This document shows, piece by piece, positions 1 through 9,519 of a stretch of 51,317 nt of DNA. Made by a program: the position numbers and the translations under genes. Location of the stretch: positions 1 through 51,317 of the forward strand of contig JANNXA010000005.1 of NCBI GenBank assembly GCA_031409275.1. The letters are read 5' to 3'. This DNA is from Planctomycetota bacterium. Lineage in GTDB: Bacteria > Planctomycetota > B15-G4 > SIAN01. Within the stretch, counting starts at the first letter, position 1. Each line of letters begins with the position of its first letter. Below the pieces are notes generated by a model. That model worked only from the letters and a program-made list of their open reading frames with translations. It did no database searches and was not told the DNA's origin.

Positions 1-1305
1 GACATGTGGACGATGAAATGGGGCGAAATGCTGCGCATCCGATCGTACAACCAAGTTCCCCAATACGGCCGCGACGGCAAGGCGATGTATTCGTATGCGG
101 CGTGGGTGAAAGAACAGATGGCGGAGAACCGTCCGCTCAACGAGTTCGCCGCCGATCTGCTGGTCGGTTCCGGCAGCAACTTCAAGTCGCCGACGGCGAA
201 CTTGTACACAGCGAGTGAACGATTGACGCCGGAGAAAACGGCAGAAGATATCGCTCAGGTCTTCCTCGGCACACGCATTCAGTGTGCTCAGTGCCACAAC
301 CATCCGTTCGACCGCTGGACGATGGACGACTACTACGGCTTCGCCGCGTTCTTCGCGCAGGTGGGGCGCAAGAACGCCGAGGATCCGCGCGAGACCATCG
401 TCTTCGACCAGCGCGGCGGCGAGGTGAACCACCCCGTCGGCGGTCGCGTGATGGCGCCGAAGTTCCTTGGCGGCGCGACGCCGGACGTCTCCGGTCGCGA
501 TCGCCGCGCGGTCCTGGCCGAGTGGCTCACCGCGCGCGACAACCCGTGGTTCGCGAAGAACCTGGTGAACGTGGTCTGGAGCCACTTCTTCGGCGTCGGC
601 ATCGTCGAGCCGGTCGACGACGCGCGCGTCAGCAACCCGCCCTCCAACCCCGAGCTCCTCGCGGAGCTGGCGCGGCGCTTCGTCGAGTGGAACTACGACT
701 TCAAGCGGCTCGTCCGCGAGATCTGCACTTCGCATGCGTGGCAGCGCGCGACCACGACCAACGCCACCAACGTGCTCGACGAGCGCAACGCCTCGCACGC
801 CCTGGTTCGGCGCATGCGAGCCGAAGTGCTGCTCGACGCGATCCACTCGGTGACCGGTACCGCGGAGAAGTTCCAAGGGCTCCCGATCGGTGCGCGCGCG
901 GTGCAGATCGCCGATGGCAACGTCGGCAGCTACTTCCTCACGACCTTCGGCCGCGCCTCTCGCGCGAGCGTCTGCAGCTGCGAAGTGAAGATGGAGCCGA
1001 GCCTCTCGCAGGCGCTCCACCTGCTGAACGGCGACACGACCTCGCAGCGGATTCGCGAGGGCGGGCGCATCGCGACGTGGCTCGCCGCCGGCCGCACGCC
1101 GGAGGCGATCGTGCGCGAGCTGTGGCTCGCCTGCCTCGCCCGTCCGCCCACCGACGAGGAGCTCTCCTCGATGGTGGCCTCGTTGCCGATCGCGACCCCA
1201 CCCGCGAGCGAGGCTGCGGTCCCCGCGTCGCCCGAGCTGATCGCGGCGCTCGAGGACCTCTTCTGGGCGCTGCTCAACTCCAAGGAATTCGTCTTCAACC
1301 ACTGA
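1..1305 (+). CDS. DUF1549/DUF1553 planctomycete-type protein, 5' end outside window
   Basis: Motifs FLGTRIQCAQCHNHPFDRWT..DYY, NPWFAKNLVN.VW..FFG.GIVEPVDD...SNPPSNPELL, RMRAEVLLDAI, QALHLLNG and terminal DLFWALLNSKEFVFNH. The frame is open from the window start. Confidence 0.9.
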   Translation, partial: DMWTMKWGEMLRIRSYNQVPQYGRDGKAMYSYAAWVKEQMAENRPLNEFAADLLVGSGSNFKSPTANLYTASERLTPEKTAEDIAQVFLGTRIQCAQCHNHPFDRWTMDDYYGFAAFFAQVGRKNAEDPRETIVFDQRGGEVNHPVGGRVMAPKFLGGATPDVSGRDRRAVLAEWLTARDNPWFAKNLVNVVWSHFFGVGIVEPVDDARVSNPPSNPELLAELARRFVEWNYDFKRLVREICTSHAWQRATTTNATNVLDERNASHALVRRMRAEVLLDAIHSVTGTAEKFQGLPIGARAVQIADGNVGSYFLTTFGRASRASVCSCEVKMEPSLSQALHLLNGDTTSQRIREGGRIATWLAAGRTPEAIVRELWLACLARPPTDEELSSMVASLPIATPPASEAAVPASPELIAALEDLFWALLNSKEFVFNH

Positions 1306-1342
1306 ACGGAAGGTTGAACCGCGACGGGAGCGAGAGGACTCG

Positions 1343-4261
1343 ATGACGGCGAAGCGATGGCGTGAGGGACTCGGCGTGCTTCTGCTGCTGCTGTGCGGCG
1401 CCGCGCCGGCACGCGCGCAGGAGCGCGTCACCTACGACGACCACGTGCAGCGGCTCCTCACGCAGCACTGCGGCAAGTGCCACGGCGCAGAACGGATGCG
1501 CGCTGGCCTCGACGTGACGAGCTACCTGTCGCTGCTGAAGGGGGCGAGCAGCGGCGTCGTCGTCGAGGCAGGCGACCCCGACGCGAGCACGCTCTACCTC
1601 GCCATCACTCATCGCCGCGAGCCGACCATGCCGCCGGGCGGCGGCAAAGTGCCTGATGCGGTGGCGGAGACGGTGCGCCGCTGGATCGAGGGCGGCCTGC
1701 TCGAAAGTGCGGGGAGCCAGGCGAAAGCGAAGAAGAAGCGCTCGCTCGCGTTGAGCGTCGTGCCGGGCGCGGGGCGGCCCGAGTCGCTGCCGGAGCTGTC
1801 GCACCATCTGCCGCAAGAGCCGTTCGTCGTGCCGCGCCGCGCCGGCGCGATCACTGCCCTGACGGCCCATCCGTGGCTGCCGCTGGTCGCGCTCGGTGGC
1901 CCGAAGCAGGTGCTGCTCTACGACCCGCGCCAGGGCGAGCTGCGCGGCGTGCTGCCCTTTCCCGAAGGCCAGGCGAACGTGCTGGCATTCAGTCGCGACG
2001 GTCGGCTCCTGTTGGCCGGCGGTGGCCAGGCGGCGGCGAGTGGCCGCGCCGTCGCGTGGGATCTCACCGACGGTCGTCGCGTCATCGAGATGGGGGACGA
2101 GGACGACGCGCTGCTCGCCTGCGACCTCGCGCCCGATCGATCGCAGCTGCTGGTGGGCGGCTCCTCGAAGCACGTGCGACTCCTCGACACGGCGAGCGGC
2201 GCCGCGCTCCACACGCTGAAGAAACACACCGACTGGGTCACGGCCGGCGCCTTCAGTCCCGACGGCGTCCTCTTCGCCAGCGCCGATCGCTCCGGCGGGC
2301 TGGTCGTCTGGGAAGCGCTCTCGGGCCGCGAGATGCACACGCTGGCCGGCGGATCGAGCACGCTGACCGGTCTCGCCTGGCGCGACGATTCGAACGTGCT
2401 CGCCAGCGTCGGCGAAGACGGGCAGCTGCGCCTGTTCGAGATGGTCGAGGGGCAGCCGGTGAAGAGCTTTGCGGCGCATGACGGCGGCGCGCTGGCCGTC
2501 GCCATGGCGCACGACGGGCGGCTGATCAGCGGTGGGCGTGACAAGCACGTGAAGCTGTGGAGCCCCGACGGCACGCTGCTGCGCACCTTCGGGCCGATGG
2601 GCGACCTCGTCCTCGAAGTGGCGATCGACGACGAAGGGACGCGGGTGATCGGCGCCGATGGCGCCGGTTCGGTGGCGGTGTGGAACGCGGTCGACGGCGC
2701 GTTGATCACCACGCTCTCCGCGACGCCAGCGCGGCTCGAGGATCGCCTGCTCGCGGCGCGTGCGCGGCAGTTCGAGGCTGTCGCCGCCGTCGCCCTGCGG
2801 GTGCCGGTCGCCGAAGCGGCGCAGGCGCTGGCGCGCGCGCCGGCCGCGGAGCAGTCGCACCGCGCGCAGGAAGCTGCGGTGGCGCTCGTTGCTCGTGACG
2901 CGATCCAGCAGCAACTGCAGCAGGCGCGCGAAGCGTCGCAATCGGTCGCGTCCGCGGCGCAGGCGGCAGTCGAGCAGGTGGCGCGTCTCGAAGCGGAGCG
3001 GGCCGTGGCGCGCGAGGCGGTCGCGCCGGCGCAGGTGGCACTCGTCGCCGCGGAGCCGATCGCGGCCAGCGCAGCGATCGGCTCGGCGGCGCGTGGTGCG
3101 CTCGCTCAACAGCTCGAATCGGCCGCCGACGCCGCGCAAGCGCTGGCAGCGGCCACACCCGCCGACGCCGAGCTCGCGGCGGTCGCGAAGGCGGCCGTCG
3201 ACGCGGCGGCCGCGGCACGGGCGGGGGCCAACGCTGCATCGGAGCAGGCGGCGACCGCGGCGCGCTCCTTGGAAGCGGCCAGGCTCGCGGCGGAGACGGC
3301 GACCGCCCAGGTCGCACGTCTCGACGCCGCCGTGCAGGTGGCGACCGCCGAGCGTGACGTGGCGACGTCGCGCGCCGCCACCACCGTTGCGGTCCCGGTC
3401 GAGCTCGAGGCGGCGTTTGCCCAGGCGCAGGTCGATTTCGACCGCACGGCCGCGATTGCCGCCCAAGCGGCTGCGGTCGCAGCGCCGATCGTCGAGGCGG
3501 CCGCTCAGGTGCAGGCGCAATCCGATGGCGCGGCCCGCGAGCTGGTCGCCGCGCACTCCGAGGTGGCGCGGCTCGAAGCGGCGCGGATCGACTTGACCAT
3601 CACCGCCGAGCAGGCGGGGCTGTGGAAGCAGGACGCCGTCGTCGCGGAGTGCGAGGAGGCGGTGGCGCTGCGAGCCGAGGCCGCGGAGGCGGCGCGGTCG
3701 GCGCTGCGAACGGCGGAGCAGCAACTCACCGACGCGCCAACGGTCGACGCCGCGTTGCTGGCGGAGATCGCGACTCGTCAGGCGGCGCAGGCGGCGAGCG
3801 AGGCGGCGCTACGGGCGATCGACGAGTCGAACACGCAGAAGGGGAGCCGGCTTGCCGAGCTGCGCTCGTTCACCGCCGAGCTCTCGGGCAGCGCCAGCGG
3901 TGGGACGCCCGATGCCCCCCTCGCGCAGGCGGTGATGAAGTGCGGCGAGGCGCTCGCGGCGCTTGAAGCGGACCTCGCCTCGGCGCAGGCGTCGCAAGGG
4001 AGCGCGTCGGCCGCGGTGGCGTCGGCCGCGCAGGCCGTTCATGAGGCGCAGACGCAGCGCGAGGCGCATGTCCAGAAGTTCGCAACCTGGCCCGCTGTCC
4101 TCGCCCAGAAGCGGGAGCTGCTCGTGTCCGCCGAGGCAGCGCTGGTGCAGGCGAAGACCGACGTCGCGCAGGCCGATGCGGTGCGCGCAGAACCGCGGGC
4201 GCGGATCGAAGCGCTGGTCGCCGCGCGCGAAGCGTGGCTCCAGCTCGCCGCGGTTCGCTGA
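1343..4261 (+). CDS. Planctomycete cytochrome c domain + WD40 repeats + long Ala-rich coiled-coil protein
   Basis: Signal peptide; CGKCH heme motif followed by G.PD.S.L...MPP...W.EGG; WD40 repeats (HTDWVT..AFSPDG, AHDGG...GRDKHVKLW); Ala/Glu/Gln-rich helical tail; GAGGA just before the ATG. Confidence 0.85.
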   Translation: MTAKRWREGLGVLLLLLCGAAPARAQERVTYDDHVQRLLTQHCGKCHGAERMRAGLDVTSYLSLLKGASSGVVVEAGDPDASTLYLAITHRREPTMPPGGGKVPDAVAETVRRWIEGGLLESAGSQAKAKKKRSLALSVVPGAGRPESLPELSHHLPQEPFVVPRRAGAITALTAHPWLPLVALGGPKQVLLYDPRQGELRGVLPFPEGQANVLAFSRDGRLLLAGGGQAAASGRAVAWDLTDGRRVIEMGDEDDALLACDLAPDRSQLLVGGSSKHVRLLDTASGAALHTLKKHTDWVTAGAFSPDGVLFASADRSGGLVVWEALSGREMHTLAGGSSTLTGLAWRDDSNVLASVGEDGQLRLFEMVEGQPVKSFAAHDGGALAVAMAHDGRLISGGRDKHVKLWSPDGTLLRTFGPMGDLVLEVAIDDEGTRVIGADGAGSVAVWNAVDGALITTLSATPARLEDRLLAARARQFEAVAAVALRVPVAEAAQALARAPAAEQSHRAQEAAVALVARDAIQQQLQQAREASQSVASAAQAAVEQVARLEAERAVAREAVAPAQVALVAAEPIAASAAIGSAARGALAQQLESAADAAQALAAATPADAELAAVAKAAVDAAAAARAGANAASEQAATAARSLEAARLAAETATAQVARLDAAVQVATAERDVATSRAATTVAVPVELEAAFAQAQVDFDRTAAIAAQAAAVAAPIVEAAAQVQAQSDGAARELVAAHSEVARLEAARIDLTITAEQAGLWKQDAVVAECEEAVALRAEAAEAARSALRTAEQQLTDAPTVDAALLAEIATRQAAQAASEAALRAIDESNTQKGSRLAELRSFTAELSGSASGGTPDAPLAQAVMKCGEALAALEADLASAQASQGSASAAVASAAQAVHEAQTQREAHVQKFATWPAVLAQKRELLVSAEAALVQAKTDVAQADAVRAEPRARIEALVAAREAWLQLAAVR

Positions 4262-4286
4262 ACCGGCGAGCCGAAGCCGCAGCCGG

Positions 4287-4403
4287 TCAGAGCAGGATGG
4301 CGGCGAAGACGAGCGCAGCGATCGCGACGGCGGTCGCCGTCTCTTTCACCACCACGAACTGGATCATCGCTCGGTCGGTGATTGCACTATCGGTAGTGGT
4401 CAT
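4287..4403 (-). CDS. Putative 38-aa small membrane protein
   Basis: Hand translation MTTTDSAITDRAMIQFVVVKETATAVAIAALVFAAILL*. SD-like GAGGGG upstream, hydrophobic C-terminus, promoter-like element at 4451-4481, and it fills an otherwise empty gap. Confidence 0.55.
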   Translation of the reverse strand: MTTTDSAITDRAMIQFVVVKETATAVAIAALVFAAILL

Positions 4404-4450
4404 CGGATGTCCCCTCTACTAGGTAACGCGCGAACAACTTGCGCACGGAG

Positions 4451-4481
4451 GGAGTAGAGCGAACAGAACGCGAACGTCAAG
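4451..4481 (-). promoter_or_regulatory. Putative sigma70-like promoter TTGACG-N18-TACTCC
   Basis: Plus strand GGAGTA 4451-4456 and CGTCAA 4475-4480. The same hexamer pair recurs at 8239-8266 and 47131-47158. Confidence 0.5.
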
Positions 4482-4503
4482 CGACTCGTTTCGAAAGGTT
4501 CGA

Positions 4504-6879
4504 TCAACGTCCGTCAAGGAGCACCCCGGCCGGCAGCGCGGCGACGAAGCGGGTCGTGCCGCGGCGACCGCTGAAGTCGAGGGTGTTGGCCTCGAGCAGC
4601 GGGAGCGGCGCGCTGGGCGTCGACGGGTCGGCGACGGTCCAAGCGCGATCGATCGAGATTCCCGTCGGCAGCCGGAGGCGCAGCGCGAGTTGGCGCGGCG
4701 CGATGGCGGGCGCCACGACCTCGCCGTGGAGCGACTTCCCGTCGGCCGCGACGTGGATCTCGAATACGACCGGCCCGAACGCCGTGGGGGCGCCGCGCAG
4801 CACGAGGCGTGCTCCTGGGCGACTCATCCAATGGCGCGGCGTCGCATGGGCCAGGCGCAGCGCGTCGGGGCGCCCATCGGCATCGAGATCGACTTCGTCC
4901 GCGACCATGCCGCGGAGCATCGAGAGGAAGAAGGCGCTCCCCGCCGAATTGGGGGGCAGGTAGGTCGCCCGCCCTTCGCCGCGCCCCGCGACCGTGATCG
5001 GCCGCAAGCTGCTGCCTTCGCCGCTGAGCCACGTGCCGCGGGTCATGCCTTGTGCCAGCTTGCCGTAGAACGCGACGACCACCTCATCGGGGCGATCGAG
5101 GTCGAGGAGCGTCTCGACGCGGCGCAGCGTGTAAAGGTCGTCGACCCCCTCGGTGTTGGCGAAGAGGCCGGAGTGCTGGTCGAAGCGGACCATCCCCATG
5201 CAGAGGCCGCCATGGGTGGTGGGGTAGTCGATCAACCAATGGAGCCGCGGATCGTCGAGCGCAAGCAGGCCGGAGGCGGCGGCGTAGGGCGCGACGAGGT
5301 TCCAGTAGGAACCGTTCATCGATGCGGTGAGCTGCTCGTAGGCCTGCTCGCCACCGAGAAGCGCCATCGGGAGGAACGGGGGCGCGACGTTCCGCTGCAC
5401 GCTCTGGTCGATCGTCGTGCCGATCACCTGTCGCAGTCGCTGCGCCGCGGTGGCGTAGCGCGCCGCCGTGGCCGGATCGCCCGCCGGTTCGACTTCCTCG
5501 AGCGTCTGCGCGAGGTCGCGGACGCCGCGCCAGAAGTTCGCGAGCGTATGCAGGTTGTCGACCGGCGTCGCGATGTCGCCGCAATACGCCTGCTTGGGAA
5601 GCAGTCCACGCTCGTCGAGTTGCGCGAGCCACGCGTCGACCTCGACGGCCACTCGCTGGACGCGGTCGCGCGCGCGAGCGGTCACGTTCTCGGCGGTCGA
5701 CGCTCCCTTCGCCAACTGCCACCACTCGCGCAGCAGCTGCGCCTTGAAGCCGACGTCCGACGCCTCGACGCCCTGCTGGTTCGGTCGCGCCAGAAGCGGG
5801 TCGAGGCCGCGCTCCGTGGCCGGCACCGCGAAGCGCCAGAGCGCGCGCAGCGCATCGCCACACTCGGCCTGGAAGGTGATGTGGTAGCTGTTCTGCGCGG
5901 AGTAGAGCAGCGTGTCCTTCTCGAAGAGCATCAGCGTTCCGGCGAGCGTCGCGCGCCACGCGGCGTTGACGAGCGGCTCCGGGGTCTCGAGCTCGAACTG
6001 CCGTCCCAGCGCGTCGCGCCATGACTGCGCGACCCGAGCGTCGGCGCCGTTCAACTCGGCGCGGTCGAACGCGGCCACCGCGTCGAGCGCGTTGGGAGCG
6101 TGGAGCGTCGCGACGGCCGCTCGCTCGACGACGACTCCGAGCAGCGCGCTCTCGCCTGCCGCCAACTCGATGACGCGCCGCTGCGGCCCGTCGAGTTGCC
6201 AGCGTGCGTCGCCGAACGACCGCTCCGCCGCCGGCGCGCCCAGGTCGACGGCGAAGCGCAGCGCCCGCTCGCGTGCCGTCACTCGCAACCGTGCGCAGGT
6301 CGCCGCGGCGATCGTGTCGCGCGGCAACAGCAGCACCTCGAGCGAGGCGCGCGACTCTTCGAAGGTCACGATCGGCAGCCAGCCGTCGCGCAACTGCGGA
6401 TCGCGGCGCGTCGAGCCGTCCTGCCCGAAGGCGCGCCACTGCGCCGCCGCGCGGGTCGCGTGCTCGCCACCGCTGGCTGCGGCGTCGATCCAGAAGGTGA
6501 TCGGTGGCTGCGCGCTGTCGGTCCAGTACGCCTGGTTGGCGCGCAGTGAAAGGCCGCTGCCGTCGCCCGCGACGCGCACCTTCGGCCCGCCGTCGGGATC
6601 GGCGAGGACGATCGGCACTTCATGGAAGTCGGTGTTGACGAAGCGCAGCGGCGGCAGCAGCTCGGCGAAGCTCTCGAAGGTGGGGCCGAGCGGTTCGCGC
6701 AGCGCCGCCTGGCCCCAGAGATCGATCGAGGAGGCGAGCACTTCGTCGAGCGTCGCGGACGGCGGGGTTGCGGAGGACGGTGTCGCGGGCTCCTGTCCGC
6801 TCGCCGCGTTCCCGGCGACGACGAGGGCGCACCGCCATGCGGCCGCGATCGCCGCACGGTGTTCGCGTCGGTGTGTCAT
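4504..6879 (-). CDS. Secreted hypothetical protein, probable (alpha/alpha)6 glycoside hydrolase-like fold
   Basis: Signal-like N-terminus; 'LETPEPLVNAAWRA' entry into a helical region typical of six-hairpin glycosidases; C-terminal 'LAHATPRHW...LRGAPTAFG' beta-sandwich as in GH65/GH95-like enzymes. Confidence 0.55.
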   Translation of the reverse strand: MTHRREHRAAIAAAWRCALVVAGNAASGQEPATPSSATPPSATLDEVLASSIDLWGQAALREPLGPTFESFAELLPPLRFVNTDFHEVPIVLADPDGGPKVRVAGDGSGLSLRANQAYWTDSAQPPITFWIDAAASGGEHATRAAAQWRAFGQDGSTRRDPQLRDGWLPIVTFEESRASLEVLLLPRDTIAAATCARLRVTARERALRFAVDLGAPAAERSFGDARWQLDGPQRRVIELAAGESALLGVVVERAAVATLHAPNALDAVAAFDRAELNGADARVAQSWRDALGRQFELETPEPLVNAAWRATLAGTLMLFEKDTLLYSAQNSYHITFQAECGDALRALWRFAVPATERGLDPLLARPNQQGVEASDVGFKAQLLREWWQLAKGASTAENVTARARDRVQRVAVEVDAWLAQLDERGLLPKQAYCGDIATPVDNLHTLANFWRGVRDLAQTLEEVEPAGDPATAARYATAAQRLRQVIGTTIDQSVQRNVAPPFLPMALLGGEQAYEQLTASMNGSYWNLVAPYAAASGLLALDDPRLHWLIDYPTTHGGLCMGMVRFDQHSGLFANTEGVDDLYTLRRVETLLDLDRPDEVVVAFYGKLAQGMTRGTWLSGEGSSLRPITVAGRGEGRATYLPPNSAGSAFFLSMLRGMVADEVDLDADGRPDALRLAHATPRHWMSRPGARLVLRGAPTAFGPVVFEIHVAADGKSLHGEVVAPAIAPRQLALRLRLPTGISIDRAWTVADPSTPSAPLPLLEANTLDFSGRRGTTRFVAALPAGVLLDGR

Positions 6880-6919
6880 CCGCTGCTCCTGTGCGCGTCA
6901 GGAGCGAGGGTCACGTGCC

Positions 6920-8173
6920 TCAGCTCCCGATGGTGAACTCGATCCCGTTCGACAGCGCGATCTTCTTCGGCGCCGCGCGATCGACCACCAGATCTTGCAG
7001 GAAAAAGGTCGCGCCGATCAGGGTCGGGTCGTTGGGGATCTCGTCGAACGCGACCGCTTCACCGTTGCCGTCGCCGCTGCCGCCGAAGCTGAGCGGCAGC
7101 AAGCCGAACGGCTGCGTCCAGTCGACCAGGAGCGTGCCGCCCCAATTCGGAATGGTCGCGGCGGCCCCGCCGAAGAGCGTGAAGCCGAAGGTGCCGCCGA
7201 GCGCAAAGCGGTGCTCGAGGCCGACGACTCCGCCGATGGTCGGCGAGAGGATGCCGCGCAGGTCGGGCACGAAGCCGCCGCTGCCGGCGAGCCCGCTGCC
7301 GTACTTGGTGATCGAACCGGTGCTGTAGGGGAAGTCCTTCGGCACCGAGATCCCTTCCATCGGGCCGAGCGAACTGGCCTGCAGCAGGACGGTCGTCGTG
7401 CCGTCCATCTGCACCTCGATCAGCGCGCTGTTGGGCTGCGACGTCGTGAGGATCGTTCCTTCCTTGGTGACGCGCAGGTCGGTGACCTCCAGCAGGATCG
7501 GGTCGTTGCTGACCACCACGCAGCTGCCGTCCTCGACGCGCACGCGCACGATCTGGCCGAGCCCGAAGTCGGCGCAGTAGAGGTTGCCGCTGTTGTCGGC
7601 GTGGATCGCCGCGCACTCGTCCATGACGCCGGCGCCGTCGGTGACCAGCGTGGCGACGCCGCTGACGGGATCGAAGTGCCAGACGTCACCCGCCTCGTAC
7701 TGGCCGAGGTAGAGCGTTCCATCCGGCAGGAACGACATCCCCGACGGCGTGTCGATCCACGGGTAGCTCGACGGGTCCATGCGGATCGTCTGATTGCCGG
7801 CCGCGTCGATCGTCATCACCGTGTCGCTGTCGATGTTGGTGACCCACAGCTCGTTGCTGGGCGAGACGGCGGCGGTGATCGGGTTGTCGACCGCGCCGCC
7901 GGACGCGAGCAGCGTCGTGGTGCCGTCGGTCTGCACGCTCCAGACGCGGTCGTTCTCGTAGTCGGGCACGATCAGCGCGCCGTTCCACCACTGCGAGTAG
8001 TAGGGCGTGCCGACGCCGTTCGTGACGAAGCGCGGCTTGAGCGTCGTGCGGTTCACCTTGTAGATGCCGCTCCAGGTGCAGATCCAGTAGTCGGAGTCCT
8101 GCGCCTTCGCGACGACGGGCGCCGCGACGAAACACGCCGCGAACGCAAGGGACCGCTGCAGTGGGCACCGCAT
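6920..8173 (-). CDS. Secreted Vgb/SMP-30-like beta-propeller protein with C-terminal accessory domain
   Basis: Start chosen at MRCPLQ (AAGGA upstream); AxA signal peptide; repeats such as PSGMSFLPDGTLY and ADNSGNLYCADF; tail YGSGLAGSGG...LQ...SNGIEFTIG. Confidence 0.7.
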   Translation of the reverse strand: MRCPLQRSLAFAACFVAAPVVAKAQDSDYWICTWSGIYKVNRTTLKPRFVTNGVGTPYYSQWWNGALIVPDYENDRVWSVQTDGTTTLLASGGAVDNPITAAVSPSNELWVTNIDSDTVMTIDAAGNQTIRMDPSSYPWIDTPSGMSFLPDGTLYLGQYEAGDVWHFDPVSGVATLVTDGAGVMDECAAIHADNSGNLYCADFGLGQIVRVRVEDGSCVVVSNDPILLEVTDLRVTKEGTILTTSQPNSALIEVQMDGTTTVLLQASSLGPMEGISVPKDFPYSTGSITKYGSGLAGSGGFVPDLRGILSPTIGGVVGLEHRFALGGTFGFTLFGGAAATIPNWGGTLLVDWTQPFGLLPLSFGGSGDGNGEAVAFDEIPNDPTLIGATFFLQDLVVDRAAPKKIALSNGIEFTIGS

Positions 8174-8238
8174 GGGAGTCCTTCCTTCTTGGGGGGAGGG
8201 GCCGCGCGTGCGACGTCGCCGCGCGATGACGAGCCGCT

Positions 8239-8267
8239 GGAGTAGCTCGGCACGGAGTGGCGTCAAG
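8239..8267 (-). promoter_or_regulatory. Putative sigma70-like promoter TTGACG-N16-TACTCC
   Basis: GGAGTA 8239-8244 and CGTCAA 8261-8266 on the plus strand, about 65 nt upstream of the 8173 start. Confidence 0.55.
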
Positions 8268-8375
8268 ACATCGAGCCAGCCGCTCGTGGTGAACGGCGGG
8301 ATCCGCGCGCGACAGGACGCGCGCTACCATCCCGCGCTCTTCTCTCCTCCAAGGCCACGTGACGAGGCTCTCGCC

Positions 8376-9428
8376 ATGCGCACGATCAAAGGACCGGCGA
8401 TCTTCCTGGCGCAGTACATGGGCGATGCGGCGCCTTTCGACTCGCTCGACACCATCGCCGATTGGGCGGCGTCGCTCGGCTACGTCGGTCTGCAGATCCC
8501 GACCTGGGATCCGCGCGTCATCGACCTCGCCAAGGCAGCGAAGAGCAAGAGCTACTGCGACGACTGGCGCGCGAAGCTGGCGGCGAAGGGGCTGCAGCCG
8601 ACCGAGCTCTCGACCCACTTGCAGGGGCAGCTCGTCGCGGTCCATCCCGCCTACGACGAGCTCTTCGACGGCTTCGCGGCCGAGCACGTGCGTGGCAACC
8701 CGAAGGCGCGCACCAAGTGGGCGGTCGAGCAGGTGAAGCTCTGCTTGAAGGCGAGCCAGAACCTCGGGCTCACCGCGATGGCCACCTTCAGCGGCGCGCT
8801 CGCCTGGCCCTTCCTTTATCCGTGGCCGCAGCGGCCTGCCGGCCTCGTCGAGGAGGCGTTCAAGGAGCTCGGCCGGCGCTGGCTGCCGATCCTCGACTAC
8901 GCCGCCGACTGCGGCGTCGATTGTGCCTACGAGGTCCATCCGGGCGAGGACCTGTTCGATGGCGCCACGGTCGAGCGCTTCCTCGCCGAAGTGAAGGGCC
9001 ACGCGCGCGCGCAGTTGCTCTACGACCCGAGCCACTTCGTGCTGCAGCAGCTCGACTACCTGCACTACCTCGACCTCTATCACGACCGCATCAAGATCTT
9101 CCACGTGAAGGACGCCGAGTTCCGGCCCAACGGCCGCGGCGGCGTCTACGGCGGCTTCCTCGGTTGGGCCGATCGCGCCGGCCGCTTCCGGTCGCTCGGC
9201 GACGGCCAGATCGACTTCAAGGCGATCTTCAGCAAGCTCGCGCAATACGACTATCCGGGCTGGGCCGTCGTCGAGTGGGAGTGTGCACTGAAGGACAACG
9301 TGCAGGGCGCCAAGGAGGGCGCGGCGTTCGTGAAGTCGATGATCATCCAGACCGCGAAGAAGAGCTTCGACGACTTCGCCGCCTCGGGCATCGACTCGAA
9401 GAAGAATCGACGGGTGCTGGGGATCTGA
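8376..9428 (+). CDS. Sugar phosphate isomerase/epimerase (xylose-isomerase-like TIM barrel)
   Basis: MRTIKGPAIFLAQY start; metal-binding motifs YEVHPGED, YDPSH, FHVKDAEF, VVEWEC; RFRSLGDGQIDF. Confidence 0.9.
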   Translation: MRTIKGPAIFLAQYMGDAAPFDSLDTIADWAASLGYVGLQIPTWDPRVIDLAKAAKSKSYCDDWRAKLAAKGLQPTELSTHLQGQLVAVHPAYDELFDGFAAEHVRGNPKARTKWAVEQVKLCLKASQNLGLTAMATFSGALAWPFLYPWPQRPAGLVEEAFKELGRRWLPILDYAADCGVDCAYEVHPGEDLFDGATVERFLAEVKGHARAQLLYDPSHFVLQQLDYLHYLDLYHDRIKIFHVKDAEFRPNGRGGVYGGFLGWADRAGRFRSLGDGQIDFKAIFSKLAQYDYPGWAVVEWECALKDNVQGAKEGAAFVKSMIIQTAKKSFDDFAASGIDSKKNRRVLGI

Positions 9429-9519
9429 GCTGGCAAGGGCGGGGGCGGCGTCGCGTGCTTCGCCTCGTCGCGCGATCCGCCACCCCGCGCCGCCGGGCGA
9501 CGTCGCTGCGAGCTCCACC

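Noticed and set aside
1295..3724. Long antisense or alternate-frame ORFs (also 5912-8245, 12641-15220, 27245-30061 and others)
   Set aside because: Arg/Ala/Pro-rich, motif-free shadows expected at this GC content; each overlaps a well-supported gene.
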